Source of the DNA: Tubulanus polymorphus
Taxonomy: Eukaryota; Animalia; Nemertea
Assembly: GCF_964204645.1 (NCBI RefSeq)
Contig: NC_134031.1
Location: 8,990,001 to 9,054,000, forward strand
DNA: 64,000 bases
Direction: 5' to 3'
Shown: positions 62,701 through 64,000 of the stretch, one piece after another
How positions within the stretch are numbered: the first letter of the stretch is position 1
Layout of the letters: each line of letters opens with the position of its first letter
Notes under the pieces: generated by a model
Seen by the model: only the letters and a program-made list of their open reading frames with translations
What the model was told of the DNA's origin: nothing
Database searches by the model: none
Program-made: the position numbers and the translations under genes

Positions 62701-64000
62701 GATTTCAGTTCGGACATCCAATTCAGGGATATGGAGTTCTTCTAACAATAGCTGGAAATCACTCTTATCATTGGGTATTGAAGCTCCTGCTCCAAATCTT
62801 TGCCTTGATCAGCCACTGTTAGGACCTCGAGTGACTGTAACGGAGCAAGGATACCAATAGTCTCACCACGAGATACATAGTTGGTGGTGTCTGAAAAATT
62901 GGCCAATCTTACCAGAATCGAGTTAAGACTTAGGCGTCACTAACAATTTAGCGGTACAGAATTCCTTCATTTTGCCAACCTGTATCATTCCGGGGGTTAG
63001 GTTGTTGTGGGAGTAACTATTTCTAAAGTAACCCTCAACAACTATCTCGGAACCCGCCAGGATGTATTGGGTTTTCTTCAGAAATACTCTGCACGCGCTC
63101 GCTTTCTTGGCCTGCCGCATAAGGGGTATCTCTGTCGACTGACAGAAAAACAAGGTTCCCTTACCACAGTCAATTTTCCCGCCAAATTTGGTTAAGAAGT
63201 CGTTCCCCAGGAGGCATACTTGTGTCAGGTCATCGGTAATTGCCATTGGTGTGGTGAATTGAAGGTGACCAATCTTAATTGTGACATCTGCTGCCCCCCT
63301 TAATTGACATCTCTTATCCATTTGCTGTAGTGAGTGCCCCATGGACAGGTTTCATCTTAGCGTGTTGTCCTTTCAGATGACTTGCTTCCCATACTGATGC
63401 ACGGAGCAAAGTACAAGCGGCGCCTGTGTCCAGGAGGACTGATGTTTCCGTTTTGTTGTTTATAATATCACGGCAATAGAGCCCCGTGTAATGAAGCTCC
63501 ACATGTCCAATATTCACCATAGGTGGCTTCACCGTATCTGGGGGCTGAATGCAAATCTCACCATTTTTACCCGCCGTAGTAGGCAATGGTGAAAAGTTGG
63601 GAGCGTCACTTTATTCATGTTCGCGTGGCTAGGATTGGTTCATGCACTACAAAAGTTTGAACCATTTTGAGTTGACGTTGGTATAGTGCTGGAAACATTT
63701 CTAGCCTCGCTGTCTGGTCTATGGCGTCTGGCGACAGTCTTTTCGCCGGAGCAATATACTTCGGTACGTCAGCTGGGCCTACCATTTGCGCGGTGGGTAT
63801 CCCTGGTGCTCGGGAATCCCATTGGTCTGTTTCCCTGCTGACCATTGGGGCAATTCTTTGCATAGTGGCCTACATCACCACACCTGAGGCACTTTGTTTG
63901 AGGGCACTGGTTTGCCATATGACCTGGTGAATTACACTGGTAACAGGTGACTGATGCCGGGTTATGGGAGTTACGGTCAATAATACTCATTACCGTGGCG
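59711..64000 (-). mobile_element. Decayed Gypsy LTR retrotransposon (gag knuckles, protease, RNase H, integrase, 3' LTR remnant)
   Basis: CYQCNSPGHMANQC and CLRCGDVGHYAKNC; LLDTGAAC and LLGNDFL; YRPGVRHSNADA-like RNase H end; TTAYHPMGNGQIENFN..DWDQQLP..LMAYRSS and WKGPYTV. LTR-like end ...CGTAACA at 59711. Confidence 0.92.
61888..62577 (-). mobile_element. Internal LINE (CR1/L2-group) RT fragment within the Gypsy pol
   Basis: FQSAYRTYHSTETALLKV, LDLSSAFDT, LGPLLFILYM, MYADDDQL, LLLNQPKTQFML, NLGVIFDDSFS. Confidence 0.9.

Overview
AT-rich, repeat-dense animal (invertebrate) genomic DNA. It is not prokaryotic, and most entries in the ORF track are spurious. Two intron-containing host genes appear to diverge from a shared promoter at about 28.95-29.2 kb. 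On the minus strand, coding exons 1-5 of an endophilin-B (SH3GLB1/2-like, N-BAR) gene run off the left edge. On the plus strand are two coding exons of a C9orf43/DUF4647-like gene. The introns are filled with nested transposon debris: three families of non-autonomous Helentron-type elements (one carrying ordered 154-bp tandem arrays), MULE, Harbinger and Tc1-type MITEs, a Penelope-like element with a hammerhead motif and a long palindrome, solo LTRs, a decayed BEL/Pao, two decayed Gypsy elements and LINE fragments. The most unusual observation is a Gypsy pol whose RT core is missing and occupied by a same-strand LINE RT core, with open-frame junctions. It is decayed and may be coincidental. 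I see no clearly intact novel system. All family assignments are by eye and from recall, with no searches run.
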